64,000 nt of DNA from Verrucomicrobiia bacterium. GTDB lineage: Bacteria; Verrucomicrobiota; Verrucomicrobiia; Limisphaerales; UBA11358. Each line of letters opens with the position of its first letter. Within the stretch, counting starts at the first letter, position 1. Below the pieces are notes generated by a model that saw only the letters and a list, made by a program, of their open reading frames with translations, was not told the DNA's origin and made no database searches. Below, piece by piece: positions 1 to 9,453 of this stretch. Position numbers and translations under genes: made by a program. The stretch lies in the NCBI GenBank assembly GCA_036498725.1, contig DASYEY010000200.1, positions 9,401 through 73,400 on the forward strand, in the 5' to 3' direction.

Positions 1-631
1 GATGTTCAGGGGCGATTTCTGCGCCGGTGGCGACTCGCCGGCCAAAACCGGCCAACGCGGCGACCGAGTTCCAGGGTTCGCCAACGCAGTAACCGTGCAA
101 ATGTCCCGCCTTAAGATTGGCCGCCATTTGCGGCGGCGGCACCACGACGCATTGCACGTCCGCCTTAAGATTGACGCCTTGTGACCGCAGCCACGCTTGC
201 AATAGAAAATAATGTGACGAATAAAGGAAAGGTACGCCAAAGACGAACGGAGCCTTCGGTTTGCCAGCGAAGAATGTCTTTAAACCGCCGACCTGTTCGC
301 TTTGCTCCCATAACGATCGGGACAGCGTGATCGCATTGCCGTTAGGGCTGAGCACCAATCCGGTCAGGCAATCAGACTGGATGGAACCGAGGCCAAGGCT
401 AGCGGCGAAAACCATGGGCGCCAGCGCATGAGCCGCGTCCAGTTCGCCATAAATGATCTTGTCCCGCACGGTTGCCCAGCCGACTTCCCGGCTCAACAAC
501 ACCGACACGCCATGTTTTTCAAACAGGCCAAGCTCTTGCGCCATCACCAGCGGGGCGCTGTCACACAAGGGAACAAATCCCAAACGCACCGGCCGGTTGT
601 CTCCTGATTTTTTATGGCGATAATTTGACAT
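1..631 (-). CDS. NrtA/CmpA/SsuA-type substrate-binding-like protein, N-terminal ~210 aa (3' end runs off the window). It has no signal peptide, so a NasS-like cytoplasmic sensor is as plausible as a transporter subunit.
   Basis: Absent from the ORF track because it is open to the window edge. My reverse-strand translation from the ATG at 631..629 reads MSNYRHKKSGDNRPVRLGFVPLCDSAPLVMAQELGLFEKHGVSVLLSREVGWATVRDKIIYGELDAAHALAPM...GHLHGYCVGEPWNS with no stop. The strings LGFvPL.DsAP, GELDaAH.l.PM and GyCVGEPWN are typical of the NrtA/NasS family. Confidence 0.7.
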   Translation of the reverse strand, partial: MSNYRHKKSGDNRPVRLGFVPLCDSAPLVMAQELGLFEKHGVSVLLSREVGWATVRDKIIYGELDAAHALAPMVFAASLGLGSIQSDCLTGLVLSPNGNAITLSRSLWEQSEQVGGLKTFFAGKPKAPFVFGVPFLYSSHYFLLQAWLRSQGVNLKADVQCVVVPPPQMAANLKAGHLHGYCVGEPWNSVAALAGFGRRVATGAEIAPEH

Positions 632-690
632 GTAATACGTTAACGAGCCGTACCCCTGCGTTTTGCGTGCCGTTGTGGGCGAAATTAACA

Positions 691-714
691 ATAAAAATTA
701 CTGATTATTTTTAT
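691..714. promoter_or_regulatory. Candidate LysR-type operator: inverted repeat ATAAAAAT-N8-ATTTTTAT
   Basis: The arms at 691..698 and 707..714 are perfect reverse complements. The repeat sits in the divergent intergenic region, 25 bp upstream of the LysR ATG, and has the T-N11-A-like architecture typical of LTTR boxes. Confidence 0.35.
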
Positions 715-738
715 GGAAATGATAGATTTAATTTATCT

Positions 739-1653
739 ATGGCTTTACCCATTGATAGCAGGCAGTTGCGCGTGTTCACGATCCTGGCCCGCAATGGCTC
801 TTTTACGCAGACCGCGAGGGAGTTGCACCTTTCCCAACCGGCGGTCAGCTCTTCCATTAAACTCCTGGAAGCGGAAATGCGCTGTCGCCTTTTAGACAGG
901 GTGGGCAAATCCGTGAGCTTGACCCAGGCCGGTGAGCAATTTCTGAATCATGCGAAACGAATCCTGGCCGAGATGGATTCGGCACGCGAACAATTGGGTG
1001 AACTGGGCAAGTGGGGGCGCGGACGGCTGCGCCTCGGCACGAGTTCCACCGCGTGCCAATATATTTTGCCATCCGTGCTGCGCGAATTTAAGGAAAGTTT
1101 CCCGCAATGCGTCATCCATATCGAACCGGGCGATACGCCGGATGCATTGGAATCATTGCGGAATAACCGGATTGATTTGGCGCTGACGCTGGAACCACAA
1201 AACCAGACGCAATTTGAATTCCGTCCGCTCTTCACGGATGAGCTGCAGTTTCTGGTCAGTCCGCTGCACCCCTGGGCGCAAGCCGGGCACGCTCAGCGCG
1301 ACGAGATCAAACAGCAAAATTTCATTCTTTATACCCGGACGAGTTATCTGTCGGAAATGATTGAAGATTATTTTCGCCGCGAACAGATCGTGCTGTCCAC
1401 GTCCATCGAACTGGGGAACATGGAGGCGATCAAGGAACTGGTGAAGCTGGGGCTGGGGGTGAGCATTCTGGCCCAATGGGTGGCCCGAAAGGAACTGGCG
1501 GAGAATTCATTGTGCATGCTGCCGTTGGGACGGCGAAAGTTGAAGCGGCGTTGGGGGATTCTTTTGCGCAAAGGCCAGCGATTGGCTCTGGCGCAGGAAA
1601 CTTTCATCGGCCTTTGCCGGGCGGTGGCGGAGAACTTTGCCATCCGACCTTAG
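739..1653 (+). CDS. LysR-family transcriptional regulator
   Basis: Taken from the internal ATG at 739 of ORF 472..1653. The N-terminal wHTH reads MALPIDSRQLRVFTILARNGSFTQTARELHLSQPAVSSSIKLLEAEMRCRLLDR, followed by an LTTR substrate-binding domain. It is divergent from the NrtA-like gene. Confidence 0.85.
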   Translation: MALPIDSRQLRVFTILARNGSFTQTARELHLSQPAVSSSIKLLEAEMRCRLLDRVGKSVSLTQAGEQFLNHAKRILAEMDSAREQLGELGKWGRGRLRLGTSSTACQYILPSVLREFKESFPQCVIHIEPGDTPDALESLRNNRIDLALTLEPQNQTQFEFRPLFTDELQFLVSPLHPWAQAGHAQRDEIKQQNFILYTRTSYLSEMIEDYFRREQIVLSTSIELGNMEAIKELVKLGLGVSILAQWVARKELAENSLCMLPLGRRKLKRRWGILLRKGQRLALAQETFIGLCRAVAENFAIRP

Positions 1654-1708
1654 AGCGTTTTAAATAATCCTGTCGCTCCTCGCGGCCATACCATTATTTA
1701 AAACGCTC
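1653..1708. repeat. Perfect 16-bp inverted repeat (GAGCGTTTTAAATAAT / ATTATTTAAAACGCTC) with a 24-nt spacer, between convergent genes
   Basis: Arms at 1653..1668 and 1693..1708, read directly. It overlaps the LysR stop codon. No T-run follows, so it is not a classic intrinsic terminator. Confidence 0.6.
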
Positions 1709-1818
1709 CAAAATCTTTCGATCAAATATGTCGCGAGGCGTTGAAAAAATTCTGGCAGTGCGGGTTTTTGGCCAATGCTCAGGCGCGGCATCCTTGCCGT
1801 TCGCGACGGGCCATGAAT

Positions 1819-4485
1819 TCAATGCGTCATGAAGGGCAATCCAGTCTTCGGCCAATGATTGACCTGGGCATTTTCATTCAAACCGATGGCCGCATCTGAG
1901 GTTGCCAGCGGGTTGACGGCTACGTTCCAGCCATCCACGGCAACCAATGGCGTCTGGCCTTGAAGATCGGTCGCTGCCGCCTCGATCGTGATTTTTTTTG
2001 TTTCTCCCGGCACCAGCGAAACGTAATTGTCCGAATAATAAACGGGCAATACGCGTTCGCCCGTATCCTTCCGGTGCAATTGCAAATGCGTCATCAATGC
2101 CATTTGTGAACCGGGATTGTGCAGCGTTACTTCGAGCAGACATTTTCCGGCCTGATCATGGCGTTTGATATTGGCGCTCAACGTCACTGTTGGCAGGGTT
2201 TGCAAACTGCGCAGATCGTCAATTTGGGCGGGCAACGCCTGCCAGTAAAAATTATCCGACAACAATTTGCCATGCTGATCTTGCAATTGAAGTTTTACGA
2301 AGTAGGTGGATGACAGGTTATCCGGCATCACGACCGGGCCAAGTGAGGTTTCTGCCGTTGGTGCGGCGTTGACGGTAAATTGCTGCTGCTGACGGATTGA
2401 ACCATCCAGATTGTAGATCGTGAGCGATGCCTGGGCCTTGGCCAATGGGGCGGGCAAATGGTTGATGACCTCCACGTCGCCATGCTTTTCGTTTAATTGG
2501 ATGTGGACCGGTTCGCAGGCCTTTTTCACGGCGAACAGCGAGGCATTCGGTTCCAGGTCATGGTGATATAATTGCCAGACAAAGCTGGGTTGCGCCGGGT
2601 TGCTCATCCAGGTGACGATACCGGTGCAAGGGTGGAACATTTTGGCATTGCGACCTTCATACATCGCGCGATAAGCCTCGTAGTTTGCGAGTTGCCCTTT
2701 GCGGGTAAAGTCCGCAAGGTTGGCGACCGCTCCGTAACGCCGGGCGATCATGCCGGGATATTGATCACCTTTTTGCGCGCCTTTGGCGAAGTCATGTTCC
2801 GCCCAGTCGTCGTTGATCACTTCCCAATCTTTTTGCGGCATCATGCCTTGAATGGACTCAAGCGTCGGGATGGACATGCTGCCGATCTCAGTCTTGAAAA
2901 TTTCGTTGGTGCCGAAAGCGTAATATTCACGCGGGGTGCGCCAACAATAGGGACCGTGCGAATACACTCCGCGCCCGGCGGTGGAGCTTGCCTGATACAA
3001 ACGCGTCGGCTCCAGTTGCTGCATTAATTGCCGCAACGCCGTGTCAATGGCCGGCGGCGGGTAGCCTTCATTGCGCGCACACCAGATGGCGATGGATGGG
3101 TGATTGCGGAAGCGAAGAATTTTATCGCGCACATTGGCAATGTAAGTGTTGAGATCTTCCGGGTTGGGGCCGTCACTGGGATTGGGTTGGGGGAATTCGT
3201 CCCAAAGCAACAGGCCATATTTATCGCATAAACTATAAAAATCTTCACTCGTACTTTGTCCGACCCAGTTGCGGATAAAATTGTAATTGGCAAGCTGATG
3301 CAAACGGATTTGCGCTTCCAAACGTTCACGCGGAATCCGTTTCATCGCCTCGTCCATGCCCCAATTGCCACCTTTGCAGAAGATGCGAACACCATTCACG
3401 GACAACGTCAGGTTTTCTGAATCCGGCACGGAATACGTGAGCTTGCGGATGCCGAAATTTACATCTTGTTGATCTGAAACGGCGCCGCCGGTTTCAAAGT
3501 CCAGATGCAATGCGTAAAGATTTTGCGGGCCGTAGCCATTTGGCCACCACAGACGTGGATTTTTGAAGTGCAACTGCGGCGTATTGGTAGTGTCCAAAAC
3601 CAGATTCTGGCTGGTATGCGCCGCCAAAGTAACGGGAACTTGAAATGAGGCCACTTTACCGATGGTTCCCCTAAGGATGCCATGTTGTGGTTGGTCGGTA
3701 ATATTCTCAACCGTGGCCTGAATGGCCAGGTCCGCAGTGTTCAATTTTGGCAGAGGCAGGTCACTTGTCACTAGTGGATCCTTGATGATGACCGGGCCGG
3801 TGGCGGATAAAAAAACGTTTTGCCAGAGGCCGCTATCGCGATCGCGGATGGCGGGCATCCAATCCCACCCGATCGTACACAGGAACGTCGGGCCATCAAT
3901 CGCCGTGATGCCGCCATTCAAGCCCATGCCTTTGGCGATGGTATGTTCATGGGGCTCGCCCGGATGCGGTTGCGGGGTGATGCACACGGCTACGACGGCG
4001 GTTTGGCCGGGAGTCACGAATCGGGAAACATCAAAAATTCCTCGCGCAAAAGCTCCGCGCATGGCGCCGATCTTCTGGCCATTCACCCAAATTTCCGCCG
4101 AATAATTAATGCCATCGAAGTTCAGCCAGATGGTTTTGCCCGCATAATCCGACGGCACGGTGAAGACCGACCGGTACCACCAGGATTCGCGGCAAAGTTG
4201 TTCGGGAATTTTATCCGGCCGGTTGTTCTCACCATATAATGGCTCGGGATAAACGCCGTCATTTACCAACGAGGTCAATACTGTTCCGGGCACGGTTGCG
4301 GAATGCCAGCCGTTGGTCGCAAACCCGGCTTGTGAGATGACTTCGCCCGTTTGCGTTGCCTGGCTTGCCGTCTGCAATTGCCAGCCCGTAGAGAGCGCCA
4401 GCGGTGCCGGTGCCGGCATGGTTTTACCAATCAGTTGGCTGACCCCAAGGGTCAGGATCAAGCAAAGCAGGAATCTCGGTTTCAT
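1819..4485 (-). CDS. Secreted glycoside hydrolase family 2 (beta-mannosidase / exo-beta-D-glucosaminidase-like)
   Basis: 888 aa with signal peptide MKPRFLLCLILTLGVSQLIG. It has the GH2 sugar-binding, Ig and TIM-barrel order, with NHPSIAIWCARNEG (acid/base NE motif) and TIGWDWMPAIRDRDSGLW. Confidence 0.8.
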   Translation of the reverse strand: MKPRFLLCLILTLGVSQLIGKTMPAPAPLALSTGWQLQTASQATQTGEVISQAGFATNGWHSATVPGTVLTSLVNDGVYPEPLYGENNRPDKIPEQLCRESWWYRSVFTVPSDYAGKTIWLNFDGINYSAEIWVNGQKIGAMRGAFARGIFDVSRFVTPGQTAVVAVCITPQPHPGEPHEHTIAKGMGLNGGITAIDGPTFLCTIGWDWMPAIRDRDSGLWQNVFLSATGPVIIKDPLVTSDLPLPKLNTADLAIQATVENITDQPQHGILRGTIGKVASFQVPVTLAAHTSQNLVLDTTNTPQLHFKNPRLWWPNGYGPQNLYALHLDFETGGAVSDQQDVNFGIRKLTYSVPDSENLTLSVNGVRIFCKGGNWGMDEAMKRIPRERLEAQIRLHQLANYNFIRNWVGQSTSEDFYSLCDKYGLLLWDEFPQPNPSDGPNPEDLNTYIANVRDKILRFRNHPSIAIWCARNEGYPPPAIDTALRQLMQQLEPTRLYQASSTAGRGVYSHGPYCWRTPREYYAFGTNEIFKTEIGSMSIPTLESIQGMMPQKDWEVINDDWAEHDFAKGAQKGDQYPGMIARRYGAVANLADFTRKGQLANYEAYRAMYEGRNAKMFHPCTGIVTWMSNPAQPSFVWQLYHHDLEPNASLFAVKKACEPVHIQLNEKHGDVEVINHLPAPLAKAQASLTIYNLDGSIRQQQQFTVNAAPTAETSLGPVVMPDNLSSTYFVKLQLQDQHGKLLSDNFYWQALPAQIDDLRSLQTLPTVTLSANIKRHDQAGKCLLEVTLHNPGSQMALMTHLQLHRKDTGERVLPVYYSDNYVSLVPGETKKITIEAAATDLQGQTPLVAVDGWNVAVNPLATSDAAIGLNENAQVNHWPKTGLPFMTH

Positions 4486-4620
4486 GTAGTGATGCCTGAT
4501 TGTAACCGATGATACCGTTTGTCATGTCATACATTTATGCGACTTTTGCAGGCCAGTATAAATGAGTTGGGATTGGCGCCCAACTTCGCCTGATTGTTCA
4601 CACAGCCGCTTGCGGCGAGA

Positions 4621-7600
4621 TTACGGCGAGATGACGCGATAAAAACGCATGGATTGACCAAGGATATTCGTCTCGATGAAGACCGCCGGATTGGTGTCAA
4701 AATGATCTGAAAGCAATACGTTCCAGATTTCGGTTGGCGACAAATTAGTGGTGGTCATCACGGTATAAGGCTGGCCGGCTGGCCCGCTGAATGTGAATTG
4801 AAAGTTTCCACCAGCCATTATTTTGCTTCCCGAAATGATCGGCGGTGTTTCCGCAATGACAAGCACTGTGCGGGTATTGGTGACCAGATCATTGGGCGGA
4901 TTGCCCGCCGTGTATTGCACAAAGTAAGTGCCAGGCAGGGTGGAATTTACGGTGGCATTGGTGGTCACGGGGATCAATCCGGCACAAAGATCAAAAGCAG
5001 TCGCGCCCGGGTCCATAAATACTGTGCCCAGCCAGTTGGTCATTGGATTGGCTCCGTTCAAGGTGATCACGGGCGGCGGCGCCAAAACCGATTGGCTGAG
5101 AACATTCGTCGCTGCCTGGTTGAGCATGTCGCCGGAATATTCGGCGCTGATCATGGTATCGCCACAACCCGGCATGATGGTGAAAGTGGCGATTCCATTG
5201 TTCAACAGCCCGGGTGCACCAGCGGGAACGTCGTTGGTCTTGAATTGCACCGTGCCAGTTGGAGTGCCGTAACCACTTTCAGTGAGAGTGAAGGTCACGC
5301 TATCGCCCAAAGCACTGGGGTTTTGCGAAGAGGCCAAAACCGTCGGTGCCGGAGTCATTTCGACGCGGCCTAGAAAGCGGCGGACAAAACTGCTGTCCGC
5401 ACTGGCCGTCACGGTGATGTCATAAAAACCATTGTTGGTTTCACTGCCAATGCTGACGACATTCGTGGCGTGGGCGGGAACGGTGTAGCTGCTGGAACCA
5501 TTCAGGCGATAACCGTTGGTGACGGTGAAAACCACCGAAGCAGTTGAGGTATTGGCAAGTTCGACTTTCAGTCCCGCAATGCCCGGATTTAAAACCGGCA
5601 CCGCTTCAATTTTTTGATAGTCTGAAGTAAGGTTTCCCGCAAACCGACGTTGGAAACCATTCGGACCGTAACAACTAAAATCATATTTTCCACTGCTGGC
5701 GGAAACGTCAAAGAGAGTACTGGTGGAATTGGTGGTATTCACATCGAATGGCCATGGCCCGTCATTGCGAAATGCGTTGGGATAAACTCCAAAATGAACG
5801 GAAGCCGCACCGGCATTGGTCATCGTGATGGCAAAACTATTCGCGCCCGGATTCAGCGTGCAAAAGGCGTTGGGCTGATACGGCAAAGGCATGGGGATGG
5901 GGGCGCCGCTTTCCTGCACCGGCATCGTTTGCGTCGCCGGTACGGAAGGCGTATCACCACTGGGACAACTGATGCCCGCCACGCCATTCAGGTAAGGATA
6001 ATCCGCGTTGGGATGTGCAAAATCAAATGCGCTGGTCAAGTCGCCGCAAACTTGCCGCCGCCACGCGCTAATGTTTGTATCTTTGACGCCCGTCCAGGTT
6101 TCGAGAAAGCGGATGACCGAGGTGTGATCAAACACTTGGGAACAAACACGCCCACCGCGCGTCCATGGGGAAACGATGATGGCAGGGACGCGCACGCCCA
6201 GGCCGATTGGCTGGCTGCCGACAAATTCATCCGGCGTTCCGGCCGGCGGTAAAATTGGCATGGCATGGTCGTAGAAACCATCGTTTTCATCGTAATCAAA
6301 AATGAAGACAGTGGATTTATAGACGTCGGGATTGGCCGCCAGTGCGTCCAATAATTGTTTCGTCAATAACTGGCCATTAGCCGGTGAATAGGGTGGATGT
6401 TCGGTATAAGCGGATGGTCCGATGATCCACGAAACGGAGGGCAGGGTATTGCTGATCACCGCGCCTTGAAACGCGTTGACGAGGGCGGCGATGGTCGGAC
6501 TGGCCGCGCGGCCGCGATCGTAGAGGGGTTGCCCCGCCTTGGCCTGCTTGAAAGCGGCGAACTGGGAAATGACGTTGTCGGAGCTATCGCCCGAGACCAG
6601 AAAAACTTTCCAATCAATGCCTGCGTCTTGCAAAAATTCCGGGTAGGTCTTCCAAGTGAAGCCGGTGACCAGCGTGCTGTTATCAATCTCCGGGCCACCG
6701 CCGGTGCTGTTGGGATCAATCATGCCCGTCATCAATGAAAAACGATTGGGATACGTCGAAGATAAAACCGAACAATGATATTCATCACAGATCGTATAGG
6801 CATCGGCCAGGGCATAATAGTAAGGAATGTCGTCGCGACTCATATAGGCCATCGTCTCCTTGCCTTTATTGGGAATCCATTGATCACTCTTGCCGCCGTT
6901 GATCGTGCTGTGGGTGACTGGCCAGCTATGATTCAAATCGGAGATGCATTGGATGGAAGTATGGAATGGCAATTCATAGCTTGAACCGGACGGCTGATAA
7001 AAAGCGTTATTTTTATTTGTAAACTGAATGGCGTTGCGGTCATTGAATCCACGCACCCCATGGAAGGTGCCGAAGTAATGATCAAATGACCGGTTTTCAT
7101 TCATCAAAATCACGACGTGCCGGACATCCGCGATCGTGCCGGTGATTCCGACGACGGGGGCGACAACCAATTGCAATTGCGTGCCGGTATCGTTTAACGT
7201 CGCTGTAAAGCCATTGGGCAGCAATCCTGGCGGCATGGTCAATTTGTAAGCGCCATTACCGCTTTTGGATCCGTATTGTAACAAGAGGTAGGTAGCGGCA
7301 TTCGTCTGGGAAATGGGGTTGGCGATGGCGACGTTAACAACACCAGTCAAGGAAATTGAACCGACAGTCAGAGGCGCGTTGGCGGTCAGATTCAATGAAC
7401 TATTGCCGGCCAATGAAATTGGACCGCCCACAGTGCCACTGCCTCCCAAGGTCGCCCCGCTCTGAACGGCAACCGAAGCCGTGTTGAGTGTGCCATTGAT
7501 GAGCAGCGTACCCTGGCTCACAGTAGTGTTGCCACTCACGTTGCCGGTGCCGGAAAAAGACAGGCTGCCGCTGCCAGTTAAATTAAGCGATACCGCACCA

Positions 7601-9300
7601 GCGCTATTTTTCAAGATGCCCGAGAACGTGGTGTTGGTGGTTTCAAGCACCGTCAAGGTCACATTACTGCTGATTATATTATCAACCCGGCCGGCGCCAG
7701 ACAGGTTGTTGACGGTGCAGCTATAGCCGGCAAGATTCAAGATGCCGTTCAGTGTGACGTCACCAAAACCAGTGCCGCCGGGAAGCGATTCGGACGAACT
7801 TAAGTTGACCGCCCCTTGAGAAATTACCGTATCGCCGGTGTAAGTATTGGTCGGGTTGAGCGTCAGTTGACCGCCGCCTTGTTTGGTCAGGCCGGTTGCC
7901 CCGGTAATGCTGCCATTTCCGTTGAATATAAAACTATGGGTGGCACTGGCCACGGTCACTGCAAAGGGAGCAATGGAAGTGGCGAGGTTCACGGTAAAGT
8001 TGGCGGCCGAGTCGTTAAAAATTGCCTGGCATCCGTCCACATAGTTGGCGGGCGTATTATTCGTCGTCAACCAGGCTAGATTATTCGCGAAGTCCCATTG
8101 GTTGGATGGTGAGCCCGACCAAAATAGTGAAGTGGAACCGGGTGTTGGGCCGGGAATATAGACGAACGACACGACGGCATCGGTGACTGAAAGATTTTGC
8201 AATTGCGGCGTGAAATCAGCCGTCAGGTCGCGCGTTTGAATATCCCAGCCATCTTGATTTACTTGATAGCTGACAATGTTGTCCAAATTTAAAGGTCCAC
8301 CGCCTTCAGCCGAAATAATCAACACCCCGTTGGCAGGATTCACATTGGGAATAGTCAGGTGATACGTGCCGAGCCCCGGATTTGTAACCTTGAACGGTTC
8401 GCTTTGCATTGCAATGCTGGCATTGCCAAGAAATTTGCCGGAAACCACCGTGTGATTTGTCAAGGGAACACAGACGAAAGCGATAGCGTCCTGCTCGTAA
8501 GCACCGCCATTAACGTTGTCATCGTGACAAAATATCGTCCACGTGCCATCGGCGTTGGTGGTGGACAGGGCAAAGTTCGCTTCGTTCTTGCCGCCTTCGA
8601 CTAGGAGGATGGCGTTGGTCCGGGAATCGAGTCCAAAAGCACGCAAATCAATCGTAGTTTTTCCACTGCCCTTATCGATGACGTGCGTGCCCAGCCGCAG
8701 GCTCGGATGGCCGATCAATTGGTTGTTCGCGCCGCCATTGCTCCCGGTGGCATTGTTCAGCCAACCGCCATACCAGCCGCCGGTGTAAGGAAAATAGGCG
8801 GCTGCGACATTAAAATTATATTCTGCATTTTGGGGCACTTGAAAAACCGGAATCCAAAATTCTCCGCTTGAACCGGGCGAGGTGCTGGCACTGCTGTCAA
8901 TGGCGCTGGTCCCATAATTTTTTCCCGGAAAGGCGAGTTCACCATTGTCGCGTCCGTTTTGGTCAATGGAAGTCATCAAAATTCCATTTGTCACATCATC
9001 CGTGGATAGTGCGCCGATTTGCACATCGTAATCGGCGCGATTGGAACCGGAACGGATCCGGAAATCATTGATCGAGAGACCGGTGGTGACGGTAACCGAA
9101 TCGGTGGTGTTATTGGTGTCGTTTTGCTGCACCAAAATATTGGCGGCGGAAATCTGGTCAGGTAACGCTGCCGCTTCAACTGCCTGACCGAAAGTGACCA
9201 GCCAAATTGCGGCGAGCATCGTCAGGACAAACTTCACAAGGAAATTATCCTTCGCAAACAAGTTAAAGCCTGGCCGGCTGGTTATGGATAATGTTTTCAA
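4621..9300 (-). CDS. 1559-aa secreted multidomain protein. Order: unknown N-domain, autotransporter-associated beta-strand (PATR) repeats, phosphoesterase/phospholipase C (PlcN/AcpA family) with DUF756-like repeats, Ig-like and DUF5011-like domains, then the FYRV C-terminal module.
   Basis: PATR strings: GLTKQGGGQLTLNPTNTYTGDTVISQGAVNL and GTLLINGTL. Phosphoesterase signature: RHVVILMNENRSFDHYFGTFHGVRGF ... GLGVRVPAIIVSPWTRGG ... DHTSVIRFLE (encoded roughly 5.9-7.15 kb). C-terminus: ...NFQFTFSGPAGQPYTVMTTTNLSPTEIWNV...MRFYRVISP. Confidence 0.8.
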   Translation of the reverse strand: MKTLSITSRPGFNLFAKDNFLVKFVLTMLAAIWLVTFGQAVEAAALPDQISAANILVQQNDTNNTTDSVTVTTGLSINDFRIRSGSNRADYDVQIGALSTDDVTNGILMTSIDQNGRDNGELAFPGKNYGTSAIDSSASTSPGSSGEFWIPVFQVPQNAEYNFNVAAAYFPYTGGWYGGWLNNATGSNGGANNQLIGHPSLRLGTHVIDKGSGKTTIDLRAFGLDSRTNAILLVEGGKNEANFALSTTNADGTWTIFCHDDNVNGGAYEQDAIAFVCVPLTNHTVVSGKFLGNASIAMQSEPFKVTNPGLGTYHLTIPNVNPANGVLIISAEGGGPLNLDNIVSYQVNQDGWDIQTRDLTADFTPQLQNLSVTDAVVSFVYIPGPTPGSTSLFWSGSPSNQWDFANNLAWLTTNNTPANYVDGCQAIFNDSAANFTVNLATSIAPFAVTVASATHSFIFNGNGSITGATGLTKQGGGQLTLNPTNTYTGDTVISQGAVNLSSSESLPGGTGFGDVTLNGILNLAGYSCTVNNLSGAGRVDNIISSNVTLTVLETTNTTFSGILKNSAGAVSLNLTGSGSLSFSGTGNVSGNTTVSQGTLLINGTLNTASVAVQSGATLGGSGTVGGPISLAGNSSLNLTANAPLTVGSISLTGVVNVAIANPISQTNAATYLLLQYGSKSGNGAYKLTMPPGLLPNGFTATLNDTGTQLQLVVAPVVGITGTIADVRHVVILMNENRSFDHYFGTFHGVRGFNDRNAIQFTNKNNAFYQPSGSSYELPFHTSIQCISDLNHSWPVTHSTINGGKSDQWIPNKGKETMAYMSRDDIPYYYALADAYTICDEYHCSVLSSTYPNRFSLMTGMIDPNSTGGGPEIDNSTLVTGFTWKTYPEFLQDAGIDWKVFLVSGDSSDNVISQFAAFKQAKAGQPLYDRGRAASPTIAALVNAFQGAVISNTLPSVSWIIGPSAYTEHPPYSPANGQLLTKQLLDALAANPDVYKSTVFIFDYDENDGFYDHAMPILPPAGTPDEFVGSQPIGLGVRVPAIIVSPWTRGGRVCSQVFDHTSVIRFLETWTGVKDTNISAWRRQVCGDLTSAFDFAHPNADYPYLNGVAGISCPSGDTPSVPATQTMPVQESGAPIPMPLPYQPNAFCTLNPGANSFAITMTNAGAASVHFGVYPNAFRNDGPWPFDVNTTNSTSTLFDVSASSGKYDFSCYGPNGFQRRFAGNLTSDYQKIEAVPVLNPGIAGLKVELANTSTASVVFTVTNGYRLNGSSSYTVPAHATNVVSIGSETNNGFYDITVTASADSSFVRRFLGRVEMTPAPTVLASSQNPSALGDSVTFTLTESGYGTPTGTVQFKTNDVPAGAPGLLNNGIATFTIMPGCGDTMISAEYSGDMLNQAATNVLSQSVLAPPPVITLNGANPMTNWLGTVFMDPGATAFDLCAGLIPVTTNATVNSTLPGTYFVQYTAGNPPNDLVTNTRTVLVIAETPPIISGSKIMAGGNFQFTFSGPAGQPYTVMTTTNLSPTEIWNVLLSDHFDTNPAVFIETNILGQSMRFYRVISP

Positions 9301-9453
9301 ATTAAATCAAATGGAAATAGTTTCGTCGTTCCCCAGTATTTTCGGCGTTAACTTTGAGCGCGAAATCATGGGAGACCCTCGGCGGGAACTCAACCCGCCT
9401 GAATATCCAAATCCTGTCAACTTCAGTCGTGTCATGGGCATTTTTGGCAATCA

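Noticed and set aside
472-738. A long N-terminal extension of the LysR ORF. Similar extensions occur on ActB (51484..51597), the YVTN protein (14753..14917), FolB (36840..36872), CcoO-like (60411..60482), the SPFH-1 gene (48379..48492) and ComEC (42060..42095).
   Set aside because: The extensions overlap the neighbouring gene or the intergenic promoter region, and they lack homology. Internal starts give proper N-termini (HTH, Tat or Sec signals, TM anchors), often with ATGA-type coupling to the upstream stop.
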